Below, in pieces: positions 38,345-48,940 of a stretch of 64,000 nt of DNA. A program made the position numbers and the translations under genes. The stretch comes from an uncultured Alphaproteobacteria bacterium (GTDB taxonomy: Bacteria > Pseudomonadota > Alphaproteobacteria > Rhizobiales > Xanthobacteraceae). The notes beneath the pieces were generated by a model. It saw nothing but the letters and a program-made list of their open reading frames with translations, did no database searches and was not told the origin of the DNA. Position 1 is the first letter of the stretch, and each line of letters starts with the position of its first letter. The stretch spans positions 70,496 through 134,495 of the forward strand of contig CAWGEH010000010.1 in NCBI GenBank assembly GCA_963821505.1, given 5' to 3'.

Positions 38345-38572
38345 ATGTCCATTGACGAGCATCGCCCCCGGTTCGGGAAAATTCCCTTCGCGGCACAATA
38401 TAGCGGAATCTCGCGCGCCCGATTGTATCACTGGGCGGCAGCGCATCCCGGTCTCTTTATTAAGAACGGGCGCGCAACGCTTTGCGATCTGAGGGTTCTC
38501 GATAGCCTCTTGGACGCCTTGCCGCCCGCTGAAATCAAAGCGTCCCCGCCGCGCAAGCCGAGCGCCGCCTGA
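38345..38572 (+). CDS. AlpA/excisionase-like helix-turn-helix protein
   Basis: 75 aa from ATG 38345. The IPFAAQYSGISRARLYHWAAAHPGLFIKNGRATL segment resembles MerR-type excisionase HTH. Confidence 0.55.
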   Translation: MSIDEHRPRFGKIPFAAQYSGISRARLYHWAAAHPGLFIKNGRATLCDLRVLDSLLDALPPAEIKASPPRKPSAA

Positions 38573-39073
38573 ATGCGCGCCCCCTTCAACTCAAAAGAAA
38601 GCCCCGGCAGCGGTGCGACCCGCGCCGGGGGCAATCCACTTTCATGGTCTGGGTGGACCAATGGCCAATTTAAACAAATCTCCGCCGTTTCGCAATAGAT
38701 TGCCGCAGCGCCGCGTTGCCGAAGTCTTTTTGCAAAACCATAAGCCCGGTTCTCAATCCGACGCGAACGCCAGAGATGCGCGGTTGCCGCAAGCCTGGCA
38801 CTCGAATTCGGCTGTCCGCTCGAAACCCTGAAGCGCGCGCTGTTACGTGATCCGCGCGGCCGGCCCTCAACCCGTTGGGCGCGGCGCTCGATGCGATTAC
38901 GGAGCGCTGGTCATGATTGCGCCCGTCACGATTGCCTCGACCGGCTGTTGCCCCGCCGAATGGCGGCAATGGTGGGCAATCGAATCGCGTCGCTGCGATT
39001 CCGATTGGCAATCGCTGCTCAAGCAGCATTTCCGGGTCTTCCAACAACTCCGTCAAAGTCGGGGATTTTCGTC

Positions 39074-39412
39074 ATGATTTGCCCCGCTTGCGACCGCGAT
39101 CCGTGTCCGAATCCGACTTTCTGCGCCGCTTGCCGCAAGGCCGATGCCGAGCAGGCCAGGAAACCAAAGGACGCGAACATTCTTCGGCTGCGGCGCTTGA
39201 TGGAGTCGAGTGTCACGCTCGAACAAGCCCATTTCGAGATCAACGGTAACCGACCAACTCCTCAAGTGACCATCGAGGCCGTTGTGTTGAGCGTGCGCGA
39301 GCGCGGCATCGAGGCGCTTAAGGAACCCGCCAACATTGAGCGGCTATCGCGCTGCGATAAAGCGGCAAAGCTAGAGATCGAACAACGCATTGCGAAACTC
39401 AGGAAGGATTAG
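39074..39412 (+). CDS. hypothetical protein with N-terminal Cys cluster
   Basis: 112 aa from ATG 39074 (MICPACDRDPCPNPTFCAACRKADAE...). It lies within track ORF 38891..39412. Confidence 0.45.
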   Translation: MICPACDRDPCPNPTFCAACRKADAEQARKPKDANILRLRRLMESSVTLEQAHFEINGNRPTPQVTIEAVVLSVRERGIEALKEPANIERLSRCDKAAKLEIEQRIAKLRKD

Positions 39413-39416
39413 GACG

Positions 39417-41129
39417 GTGGCAAAGAAACTTCTGAAGTTTCGCAAGAAAGGTAATGGCGAAAACGCCGAACAGTTCGCCGATAGGATGAGCGCGCAATTC
39501 AGCCCCCAGGTTGAGCCCAAGGAATTATTTGAACGGGTCGAGTCATTCCTTGGTCGATTCATCATCTATCCCAGCGAGCACGCCAAAGTCGCTCATACGC
39601 TTTGGATTGGACACGCACACTTAATGGAGAGCTGGGAATCGACGCCCCGTATTGCTTTCCTGTCTCCCGAGCCCGCTTCGGGAAAAACCCGAGCGCTAGA
39701 GATCAGCGAACTGCTCGCGCCGAATCCCATCGAGGCCATCAACGTCAGCGTTGCATATCTCTTCAGAAAGGTTGGTGGAGAGGACGGCCCGCCGACCATC
39801 CTGTTCGACGAGATCGATACGGTCTTCGGGCCGAAGGCAAAAGAGAACGAGGAAATCCGCGGGCTACTCAATGCCGGTCACCGCAAAGGTGCTGTTGCTG
39901 GGCGCTGTGTGGTCAAAGGCAAGACCGTCGAGACCGAAGAGATGCCGGCCTATTGCGCGGTGGCCTTGGCGGGCCTCGGTTGGCTTCCCGACACAATCCT
40001 GTCCCGGTCAATCATCGTCCGCATGCGTAGACGCAAGCCGGGCGAACGAGTTGAACCTTTCCGCCGCCGCGATCACACCCCTGGCGGGCATGCCCTGCGG
40101 GCCAGACTGTCAAAGTGGGCTGCCGAGGTGGCCGATGAGATGGCAAAGGCTAGACCACAAATGCCGGAAGGGGTTGAGGACAGGGATGCAGATATCTGGG
40201 AGCCCCTACTCGCCATTGCCGACTCCGGTTCGCGCATGCACGTCGTAACGATGCTGTCGCCGAAGTACGAAGCCATGTTGGGCGTGCGCGGCGGCAAGGA
40301 CTGGGGCACCAACGAAGCCGGGATGAAGCAGATGGACGACAACATTGGCCTCGTCCTCAAAAAGCTCGACGACATGGGACAGACCAACAACACCATCATC
40401 GTCTTCACCACCGACAACGGTGCCGAGGCGCTCACCTTCCCCGACGGCGGCGTCACCCCGTTCCGAGGTCAGAAAGGCGAGGCTTGGGAAGGCGGCTACC
40501 GCGCGCCGATGGTCATCCGCTGGCCGGGCGTCATCAGGCCGGGCACTGTGCATGACCAACTGTTCGCGTCGCTCGACTGGGTGCCCACCTTCGTCGACAT
40601 CGCCGGCGGGCCCAAGGGCGATGGGTTGAAAAAGCAGATCGAGGCCGGCCAATACCCCGGCATCGTCAAGACCACGCTCGACGGCGTCAACCAGCGCGAC
40701 TTCCTGGAAGGCAAGTCGGAAAAGTCGGCGCGCGACTTCTTCTTCTACTATTCAGGATCGACGCTGTCAGCGATGCGCTACAAGAACTGGAAGATGTATT
40801 GGGTGATGGCGCAACCCGGAGCGCAGGGCTGGCTCATGGGGCTCGCCCATTACAACTTCACCTTGATCCAGAACATCAAGCGCGACCCCTTCGAGCAGGC
40901 GGTCGCCCAGGATCAAAAGACGGCGATGGGCTTCGGCGCTTCGCTTGGTGCGCCGATGACCGCAATGCAATACGACTTCAACATCATTCCCCTCGGCCAA
41001 CAGATGGCACTGATGTTCCTGCAGACCTACAAGGACTTCCCACCGCTGCAGCTCGCGGCGGACTACAACCTCGATCAGGTCATGGCGCAAATTCGGGCGT
41101 CCGCGACGACAAGTCACGCGGGCGAATAG
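39417..41129 (+). pseudogene. chimeric ORF: DUF3631-like N-terminal fragment fused in frame to the C-terminal half of an arylsulfatase
   Basis: Residues up to ...DADIWEPLLAIADSG match DUF3631 proteins of P4-like islands. From ~40230 onward, SRMHVVTMLSPKYEAMLG...TTDNGAEALTFPDGGVTPFRGQKGEAWEGGYRAPMVIRWPG is the sulfatase C-terminal region. The sulfatase N-terminal catalytic domain is absent. Confidence 0.7.
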
Positions 41130-41646
41130 CGTTGTGAGACGAGCGCGACAGTCTGCGGGCGTCCCATGTTGGGGCGTCCGCTAATATCGAAAGCGATTGC
41201 TCCGAATTCGGGTCGCCGACTTCCGCTGTTGGCACATAGCTACCCCGGACGAATGCGACGGCACGTCCGCAGTTGGCGAAAGCCGACACCGCATTCCAGG
41301 CGCATCCGACTGAACCTTGCTTAGTTTCCAAGCAACGCCTTCTCCGCCATCGCAAGCTCGGCGCCGTCATCGCCGCGCGGTGTTCCAAAGATGTGTTTTA
41401 CAATTGGCCGGGTCGATGCGCGGAAATACGGGCCTTCTCGGGTTCGCGCTGGAAAACGCATGTGCCTGAACGGGCGATGAAAATCCTCGAAATTCGCAAT
41501 TGTTCTAAATCGAGGTTGGCCCCGCTGCCGACCCACTCCTATGCGGCCAGCCATACGATAGCACGCGATACCGCAGGAGGCCGCTGCACTCCGGGATTTC
41601 GACGAAGCTCGTGCCCGCTTCGAGTTAATCGCATCGCGATCGCTAA

Positions 41647-44600
41647 TCAAGCATGTTTCAACCTTGCCTTGGCTCTGACCAGATCCGCGGTGTCAAAACC
41701 CTCGCTAAAAGATCCGTAAATCTCGCCAAGTTGGGAGCGGTACTTGTCGGCGTTTTGTCTAAGCTCGTACAGGTCATAAATACTCACGCAAAGTTTAAGC
41801 TCGAGGGATTTGGCTTTCTGTTCGCGGGCGACCCCAAGGCCCTTATACAAATAACGCTCCGCCTGGTTCAGATCTTGCCGTGATCGCAGATATGCTTCTC
41901 CGAGCAAACGATATATTTCAGCTGCGTAAAAGCGTTCTGTGTTCTCTTTTTCGAGCCTTAATTGCGCCTCTTCCAAAAAACCGAGCGCTTGCTCATAACG
42001 TTCATTCTTTATGCATGCATCCGCCAGCAACCCTAGAGTATACGACTCAAGCAACAATGCGTCGGTTGCACGTTCTTTTTCTAAACCTTCATGGATCTCG
42101 GCAATACCTTTCTCAAACTCGCCTTGCTGAGCACTTGCCCATCCGCGCAAAATCAGAGCCATGGCCAGATAGTGCACAAACTCATGCTCTTCACAGAGTG
42201 CGACTGCCGCGTTAGCCTGGCGTGCGACAACCGCCGCCTCACCGCGAAACTGATTTACCCGGAGGGTTATCGTTTGTGCCATTGCCCTGCTGAACGGATG
42301 TTGGGATGCATCTGCATAACGGCGCGCCTCAGCGCAAATCCGCAATGCCTGATCGGGATAGCCGAGCAGCCACAGGGCCATGCCGTCGTATAACCTTACA
42401 TGAACTCGCGGGTCTTGCGCTGAGAGGTCAAGATACGCAGCGGCGTTGCTGTCTTCACAGATGCTAATGCTGCGTTCTAGGGCCGCGTGGGCATCGGCAG
42501 GTTTCCCCCGTGCGAATAAGGTAAACCCTAGAGCTTGATAGGCGAGAACCTTGGAGACGGAGTCGTCTACGTTCTCAGCTGCATTCAGCAAATGTTCGGC
42601 AAGGGCTTGAGCTTCACCAAGCGATGCACGAAGGAAATTCCAGGTCCACAAGCCAAACACTGCAGGCAAGGTATGTTCGTCAAACCCGCTTTCTTTGCAT
42701 AGCTGGAGTGCTCGCGTATACGCATGCTTCACGCTGTCAACACTCCAGCCCTTAGTCGATCGGAGGGAGTGGGCGAGCGACGTTTGAAGCAGCAACTCCG
42801 ACTTGTTGCGTAGAATTGGATCGCCGATATTGGGAAGGAGCTCCAAACCACGAGCAAGGTGGCTTAGTGCCTCGGCATCGGCCGAGCTTCGGGCTGCGTG
42901 CTGTCCAGCCTTGAGCCAGTAATCTACGGCGGGTTCAACAAGGCCGGCTTCCGTGAAGTGGTGTGCGACGATTTCCGGCTGACTCGCCATGATGTCGGCA
43001 AACCTCTCCTCGAGTATGCGCGCAATCTGGCCGTGCAATTGCTGCCGCCGGCTCTTGAGCAGGCTCTCATACGCCGCATCCCGCACCAGCGCATGCTTGA
43101 AGCTGTAGACCGCTTCCGGCGGCTCGCCACGACGGAACACGAGCCCGGACTGCTCGAGTTGGGCGAGTGCATGCTTTAATGCAGTCTCGTCGCGTCCAAC
43201 CAACACGCGCAGCAGGGAATAGGAGAACTCGCGCCCGATGGCGGCACCGATTTGGCTGATCTCCCTCACCGGTGCCAGGCGGTCGAGCCGTGACATCAAA
43301 GAGTTCTTGCAGCGTGGCCGGGATGGCGAGCGGCGGCAGGGGCCCGCGAAGCCGATAGCCCTCGGCGTCGTCGACGAGGATGCCCGCCTCCAATACCGTC
43401 TTGGTGAGTTCCTCGACGAACAGCGGGTTTCCGTCGGTCTTGGCGACGATCTGTTTCATCACTTCAGCGGGCAGCACGCGGCCGCCGGTCACCCGCGCGA
43501 CCATTCTCTCAACGTCGTTGCGGTCAAGGCGACCGAGCGTCAAGGTGCCGACATTGGGGAGACCAACCCAGGGCGGCTCGAACTCCGGCCGGAAGGTCAG
43601 CAGCGCAAGGACTGGCAGTTGGCGCATGCGCTCGACCGTCAGATCGAGTAGCTCCAGGGAAGTCGCATCCGCCCAGTGCGCGTCCTCGAACACGAGCAGG
43701 ATCGGTTGCCGGCGGGCGAGACCCTCGAATTGATCGAGCAGTGCCGCCAACGTCCGGCGGCGCTGCTGCGTGGGGCTGAGCGCCAACGGCGGATACCGCT
43801 CGCCGAACGGGATCGACAGCAGCGCAGCAAAAAGCGGCGCAACAGCTTGCACCCGCGATCCGCCCATCGCAAGGAGCGCTTCCAGTTTATCAAGGCGTTG
43901 CTCGCACGTATCGTCTGCCTTGAACCCCGCCGCCCGCTCTAGCTGGGTAATGAATGGATGGAGCGCGCTGTTGGTGTGGTAGGGCGAGCCTTGATAACGC
44001 AAGCGCGTGTGCGGCTCGCCAGCGATGCGCTCGGCGAGAGCTGCTGCAAGGCGGGACTTGCCGATCCCCGGCTCGCCCGAGATCAGCACAATCTGCCCTT
44101 CGCCCCTCCAGGCGAGGCGTTGGCGTCCCAGCAGAAAATTGAGTTCTTCCTCGCGGCCGATGAGATCGGTCAGACCCGCCGCGCGAACTGCCTCGAAGCG
44201 GCTCTCGGAAGTCGAGATACCCCCGACCGCCCACGCCGCAACCGGCTCGGCAATACCCTTAACCTCGTGCCGGCCGAGATCGCGCAGACGGAAGAGATCG
44301 CCGAGGAGCCGGCGCGTGGAGGCGGCGACGACGATCGTCCCGGGCTCGGCCAATGCCTGAAGGCGGGCTGCAAGGTTCGGCGTGTCCCCGACCACATCAT
44401 ACTCATGCAACGCACCCTTGCCGCTGCGGTCGCCAACCACCACCAAGCCGGTCGCGATGCCAATGCGCACCGCGAGCGGTTCCTTGGCGCGCGTCTCGAG
44501 CCGCCCAACGGCGGCAATGATATCGAGCCCCACCCGCACCGTTCGCTCGGCATCGTCTTCGTGCGCGCGGGGATAGCCGAAATAGGCCAATATCCCGTCG

Positions 44601-45049
44601 CCTCGGAAGTCGGCCAGGAAACCGTCATAAGCTAAAGTGATACGGGCGCAGGCGGCGTGAAAGGCATCCATCACAGCGCCCATGTCCTCGGGATCGAGCC
44701 GGGCCGATAGGGCAGTCGAGCCAACCAGATCGCAGATCATCACCGTCAGGTGGCGTCGCTCGGCCTCGTCCCGCGGCACCCGTTCGGTTGCTGCTTCCGC
44801 CGGGGCGAGAGCGCCGCCATCGAGTTCCGCGATGGCGCGCAGCATCTTGCGGCGATGCCCCAGCGGGACGCCGAGGTCTTTGAGGTCCTGCTCCGTCAAA
44901 TCGCGCACGACGGAGAGGTCAATGGCGTTCTCGGCGAAGCGCTGGGCGTACTCTCCAAGTCCGAGCGATGCTAGCCACTCGGCAATGCCTTTCATGCCAT
45001 TTTCCATCGACCTGCGGGCCATTGTTGCGCCCCCGCCGCCAGTGGCCAC
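41647..45049 (-). pseudogene. SAM domain - class III adenylate/guanylate cyclase - AAA/STAND ATPase - TPR protein, frameshifted
   Basis: Track ORFs 43067..45049 and 41647..43299 overlap. SAM domain: IAEWLASLGLGEYAQRFAEN. Cyclase: VMICDLVGST...GDTPNLAARL. P-loop: GEPGIGKSRL. TPR-like C-terminus. The expected TLQ-DSLMSRLDRLAP junction is broken by one extra nt near 43304. Confidence 0.8.
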
Positions 45050-45089
45050 GCCGCCGCGCCGCCGAGCAGCGTGATGAACTCGCGACGTT

Positions 45090-46064
45090 TCATTCGATCA
45101 CCTCGTCGTTGCGGGCGAGCAGCGAGGCGGGAACGTCGATGCCAAGCGCCTTGGCGGTCTTGAGGTTGATGACGAGCTCGAATTTCCCCGACTGCTGAAC
45201 CGGCAATTCCGCGGGGTTGGCGCCCGTCAGAACAATGCCGGTGTAGACGCCAACCTGCCGGTACATCTCGGGAATGCTGGCCCCGTAGCTCATAAGCAGG
45301 CCGGCTTCGACCATCTCGCGCCTATGGCCACTCGCGGCGATGCGATGAACCGTCGCCAAAGCGGCGATCTGCGATCTACTAGCGGAGAAGAAGGCGTTGC
45401 CCGCGATGAAAAGTCCACCAATTCGTTCGCGCGAAATCGCACCGAAGGCTGCATCGATCTGGACAGGTGTGCTGGCATTGAAGAGGAACGTTCGCACCCC
45501 GAGCGCGGGAGCGGCTTGCTCTAGCTCCTTTGAAGCGGCAGCCATGGAGGTAGCATTGGTGGGGTTCAACAGCACAGCGAAACGCGTCGCGCGGGGCAGA
45601 AGATCGTGCATCAGGCCGAGCCGCTTGGCGTTAAGCCCGTCTCCCACAAAACAGATCCCGGTCGCGTTACCACCCGGCCGCGCGAGACTCGCAACGAGCC
45701 CGAGCTCTAGTGGGTCCGATGTCACGCCAAATACGATCGGGATGCTTGCCGTTACAGCTTTGGAGACGATTGAGACGTTGTCGCCCGGCGTGGAAATGAC
45801 AGCCACGCCGCGACGGACGAGGTCGGCAAGCAGCGCGGGCGCCCGCTCGTAATGGCCGCCCAGCCAGTGGTACTCCACCGCAACATTCTGGCCTTCGATG
45901 TAGCCGGCTTCGCTCAGTCCCTTACGAAATGCAGCATCACGGCTGTGCATAGCTATCCCGGAGCTGATGCAAGCCACAACCGGCATAGATGATTGTTGCG
46001 CGCGTGCGGCGACCGGCCACGCCCCCGCGCCGCCGAGCAGCGCAACGAACTCCCGCCGTCCCAT
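45090..46064 (-). CDS. ABC-transporter substrate-binding protein, COG2984 type
   Basis: MGRREFVALLGGAGAWPVAARAQQ leader and the C-terminal FELVINLKTAKALGIDVPASLLARNDEVIE signature. Track ORF 45090..46394 was trimmed; an alternative ATG is at 46073. Confidence 0.8.
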   Translation of the reverse strand: MGRREFVALLGGAGAWPVAARAQQSSMPVVACISSGIAMHSRDAAFRKGLSEAGYIEGQNVAVEYHWLGGHYERAPALLADLVRRGVAVISTPGDNVSIVSKAVTASIPIVFGVTSDPLELGLVASLARPGGNATGICFVGDGLNAKRLGLMHDLLPRATRFAVLLNPTNATSMAAASKELEQAAPALGVRTFLFNASTPVQIDAAFGAISRERIGGLFIAGNAFFSASRSQIAALATVHRIAASGHRREMVEAGLLMSYGASIPEMYRQVGVYTGIVLTGANPAELPVQQSGKFELVINLKTAKALGIDVPASLLARNDEVIE

Positions 46065-46309
46065 GCCGGACATGGCGGCTCCCTCCCTCCACGGATTATC
46101 GCACCATGAGCCTGCCATCGGGGCAGCCGGTAGGTCCATGGGGCAGGCCTGAATTGTTCTAAATCGAGGCCTTCCGCCTGGTTTAGGAGCACGGGAACGG
46201 GCGTCCCGATTAACCAGACCCAAGAATACAGCGCCTTGGAAGCTCAATTGTAAACGCCTCTTAACCCACCTGAGAGAGCCTGCCGCCTTGCAACGAATGG
46301 AGGCTCCCG

Positions 46310-46792
46310 GTGAAACTTCTTTGCGCCATGGCTCTTGCAGTGTTCTCTGTAGCCGCTCCCGTGGCTTCGCCCGCACATTCGCTCGACCTGTCATTGATGT
46401 CGGCGCTGTGTTCCGACGACTACTACGAGGACACGGCTGGCCAGTGTGGTGCCATCTCTGCCGGCGAAGTTTTCACGATTGAGGCGATCTTGGCGAAATA
46501 TGGGGTTGTCATCACCGGAGATACCGATGAAGAGGTAATCGTCCTCTACTTAGACGACCTGGAGGACACGCCGGTCGGTTCGATTCAGCCCCGGAACGAA
46601 GACGCGGTTGTGATTGATGACAAGTCCAACGCGGCCGACGAGCAGGAGACAATCGCTTCTAAGGTCATCACCGTGCAACCGCCACTCGAAATAGGTGGCG
46701 AGGCGGCGGACGATGTCACAACGACCGGTCCAACCGCGCGGCGCATCCCGACAGCCGCGGAGCCTGTCGAGGACACTCGGACGATCGAATGA
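46310..46792 (+). CDS. exported acidic hypothetical protein
   Basis: GTG start, signal peptide KLLCAMALAVFSVAAPVASPAHS, and an Asp/Glu-rich mature part. Confidence 0.45.
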   Translation: MKLLCAMALAVFSVAAPVASPAHSLDLSLMSALCSDDYYEDTAGQCGAISAGEVFTIEAILAKYGVVITGDTDEEVIVLYLDDLEDTPVGSIQPRNEDAVVIDDKSNAADEQETIASKVITVQPPLEIGGEAADDVTTTGPTARRIPTAAEPVEDTRTIE

Positions 46793-46877
46793 AGGAGCGA
46801 CGAGGGCGTGGCCCTATGTTGACGGTCCTCAATACCGGGAACACCTGTCGGACCCCATCAACGCAAAGTATCGCGTC

Positions 46878-47150
46878 ATGAGCCCCGTATCCCTTGTGCC
46901 CGAACAAGACCTCCATTTCGTACTTTGTGACTTCGGTCGGTCTGGCCAGTCGTATGTCGAGACTGACCCGACGGAAGCAGATGCCTCCACCATCGTGCGC
47001 AATCTACTACACGGGCAATACGATCGACCCGTTCGAGTTTTGGCGCTGAATGTTGAAGAAGGTTGGGTGCGGGATGTGTCGGAAATCATCGCCACTAAGG
47101 TGCAAGACATGGCTCAGCGTCCTGACCGCCGGAACGCGCGCGTTCGTTGA
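46878..47150 (+). CDS. hypothetical protein (90 aa)
   Basis: ATG 46878 lies within track ORF 46695..47150 (MSPVSLVPEQDLHFVLCDFGRSGQSYVETDP...). The composition is coding-like, and no family was recognised. Confidence 0.4.
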   Translation: MSPVSLVPEQDLHFVLCDFGRSGQSYVETDPTEADASTIVRNLLHGQYDRPVRVLALNVEEGWVRDVSEIIATKVQDMAQRPDRRNARVR

Positions 47151-47248
47151 GGCGCACAGCGACCCAACCGACGAGCAAAAGATGCTGCCGCTGTGGCAGT
47201 GAGGGTCATTATCGCTCAGACCTGTTCGCGACACCCATGCCTGGCGCG

Positions 47249-47671
47249 TCAGCGTGAAAAACGTCCGGGTGGCGGTGCTTCGGGCCAGCGACTAGGTAAC
47301 CGCGGCGGCGCAGGCTGAGACGGCGCAGCTTGCCCCTCGGTGCCTTCCGGCCTCACTGCCTCGGTGGAATCCGGGATCGGTGGTCTCTTTGGAGGAAGCA
47401 CAACGGTCTGCGGCTGTTGCAGTTTGCGCACTGATTTGACCTGCTTCTTTGACGGCTTACTTGCCCCCTTTTTCGACGGTTTCTCCCGCGGAATCACAAG
47501 GGTCGCGTCTGGCAAGTCGTCGGCAGACAATCCGCGGCCGCTCGGGAGTTTCTCGGACTCCACCCAGCGCAAAAAGGTCTCTTTTAGCTCATCAATTGCA
47601 GCGCACCCCGCGAGGCCAAAGCTCGCGGACAAGGCCATTAGAACGAGCGCAACCCGACCACAGGCACGCAT
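47249..47671 (-). CDS. lipoprotein, Pro/Lys-rich
   Basis: Lipobox SASFGLAGC. The C-terminal half is low-complexity and Pro-rich. Confidence 0.55.
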   Translation of the reverse strand: MRACGRVALVLMALSASFGLAGCAAIDELKETFLRWVESEKLPSGRGLSADDLPDATLVIPREKPSKKGASKPSKKQVKSVRKLQQPQTVVLPPKRPPIPDSTEAVRPEGTEGQAAPSQPAPPRLPSRWPEAPPPGRFSR

Positions 47672-47710
47672 TGGGATCGTCAGCGCTTCAAGAACGGATC
47701 TCCTTCCATG

Positions 47711-47914
47711 TCAGGCGGCTTCGGCGGCTGCGCGTTCGGCGAAGGCTGCTATTCGCTTGGCGTCGAGGGCTAACTCGCGCCACCGGTCGCGAGACTGGCG
47801 CAGGTCATCGACGCATGCTTGCAGGTCGGCGATGATTACTTCGAGACGACGGCAATTAGCGCATTTGCTGGCCGCGATGGCGTGCGGGTGGTTGAAGATC
47901 GACATGCGGGGCAT
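47711..47914 (-). CDS. hypothetical coiled-coil-like protein
   Basis: MPRMSIFNHPHAIAASKCANCRRLEVIIADLQACVDDLRQSRDRWRELALD... lies within track ORF 47711..47998. The start is uncertain. Confidence 0.35.
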   Translation of the reverse strand: MPRMSIFNHPHAIAASKCANCRRLEVIIADLQACVDDLRQSRDRWRELALDAKRIAAFAERAAAEAA

Positions 47915-48091
47915 CCCTCGCTGGCTATTGGGACAGAAGCGAGGCTGGCACCGGTATGGTTTCTGGGCGGTTAACGTCCACGGTTCGAGGTTTTGCAATT
48001 AGAGGATGCTTGCTGCACCTGCTCGACGCGGTGCGTCCCTTACGGATATCACCTGAATTGGCCGACGCGCTAACTGGCCTATCTTTTGAGC

Positions 48092-48253
48092 ATGTTCTCC
48101 GAGACGCCCACTCCTCCCCTCTGCCCCATCTGCCGTGAGCCGATGGAGTTCATTAAGGCCGTCCCTCATCTGGGAGGGCTCCCGGAGATGTTCGTGTTCT
48201 ATTGTTCCCGCTGCAACCAGGCGGAAACAAAGGTGCAGGAACAAGCTGCGTAA
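48092..48253 (+). CDS. 53-aa zinc-ribbon-like protein (below the ORF-track length cutoff)
   Basis: My translation is MFSETPTPPLCPICREPMEFIKAVPHLGGLPEMFVFYCSRCNQAETKVQEQAA, with two CxxC pairs. Confidence 0.45.
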   Translation: MFSETPTPPLCPICREPMEFIKAVPHLGGLPEMFVFYCSRCNQAETKVQEQAA

Positions 48254-48628
48254 GTGCAAAAGTGACCCTAGGCGCGCGCCGGGGAACCGTCGGGGTTGTT
48301 CCGGCGAGGTAAGCGGAAGACCTTTGCGATGGCAACTTATCAGGTCAAGTTTCTACAGGATTCTGCTCAGCCCCGACGGACATCCGTTCAAGTGCCTGCA
48401 GGGGAAAATTGACGTGCTTGACGTGGAAAGCTCTGCGCAAGCTGCAGAAAATGCATCCAGAAGGTTCGCAGCGCTTCACGGGCTTAGGGACTGGAAGATG
48501 CATGCGGACGCGATGGAGGTCGTATCCGCGGAGTCTCAGTAGGGTTAAATGCCCACCTCGGCCTTCTTTACCCATTCGTTGAGCGTTTGTGACCTGCACC
48601 CGGTTCCGAAGACGCCGAGTTAGGTGTT

Positions 48629-48940
48629 TTGATGGAGCTGGAGGTGGGTCATGGAGAGACGGAAGTTCACGCGGGAGTCAAGCTTGAGGCGGTGCGCCTG
48701 ATCAAGGATCGAGGCGTGTCCTATGGGCAGGCTTCGCAGGACCTGGGCGTGCATCCGTCGCAGCTGCGCGATTGGGTGAAGAAGTTCGCCGACGATCCGC
48801 AACATGCCTTCCCCGGCCACGGTCAGATGAAGCCGGAGCAGCTCGAGATCGCGCGGCTCAAGCGCGAAGTTGCCAAGCTGAAGGCGGAGCGAGATATCCT
48901 AAAAAAAGCCGCGGCCTACTTCGCGAAGGAATCGACGTGA
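48629..48940 (+). CDS. IS3-family transposase OrfA (HTH)
   Basis: KLEAVRLIKDRGVSYGQASQDLGVHPSQLRDWVKKF...LKAERDILKKAAAYFAKES. The canonical start MERRKFTREFKLEAV (ATG 48650) is out of frame by a 1-nt loss near 48678, so the open frame uses an upstream TTG/ATG. Confidence 0.75.
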   Translation: MMELEVGHGETEVHAGVKLEAVRLIKDRGVSYGQASQDLGVHPSQLRDWVKKFADDPQHAFPGHGQMKPEQLEIARLKREVAKLKAERDILKKAAAYFAKEST

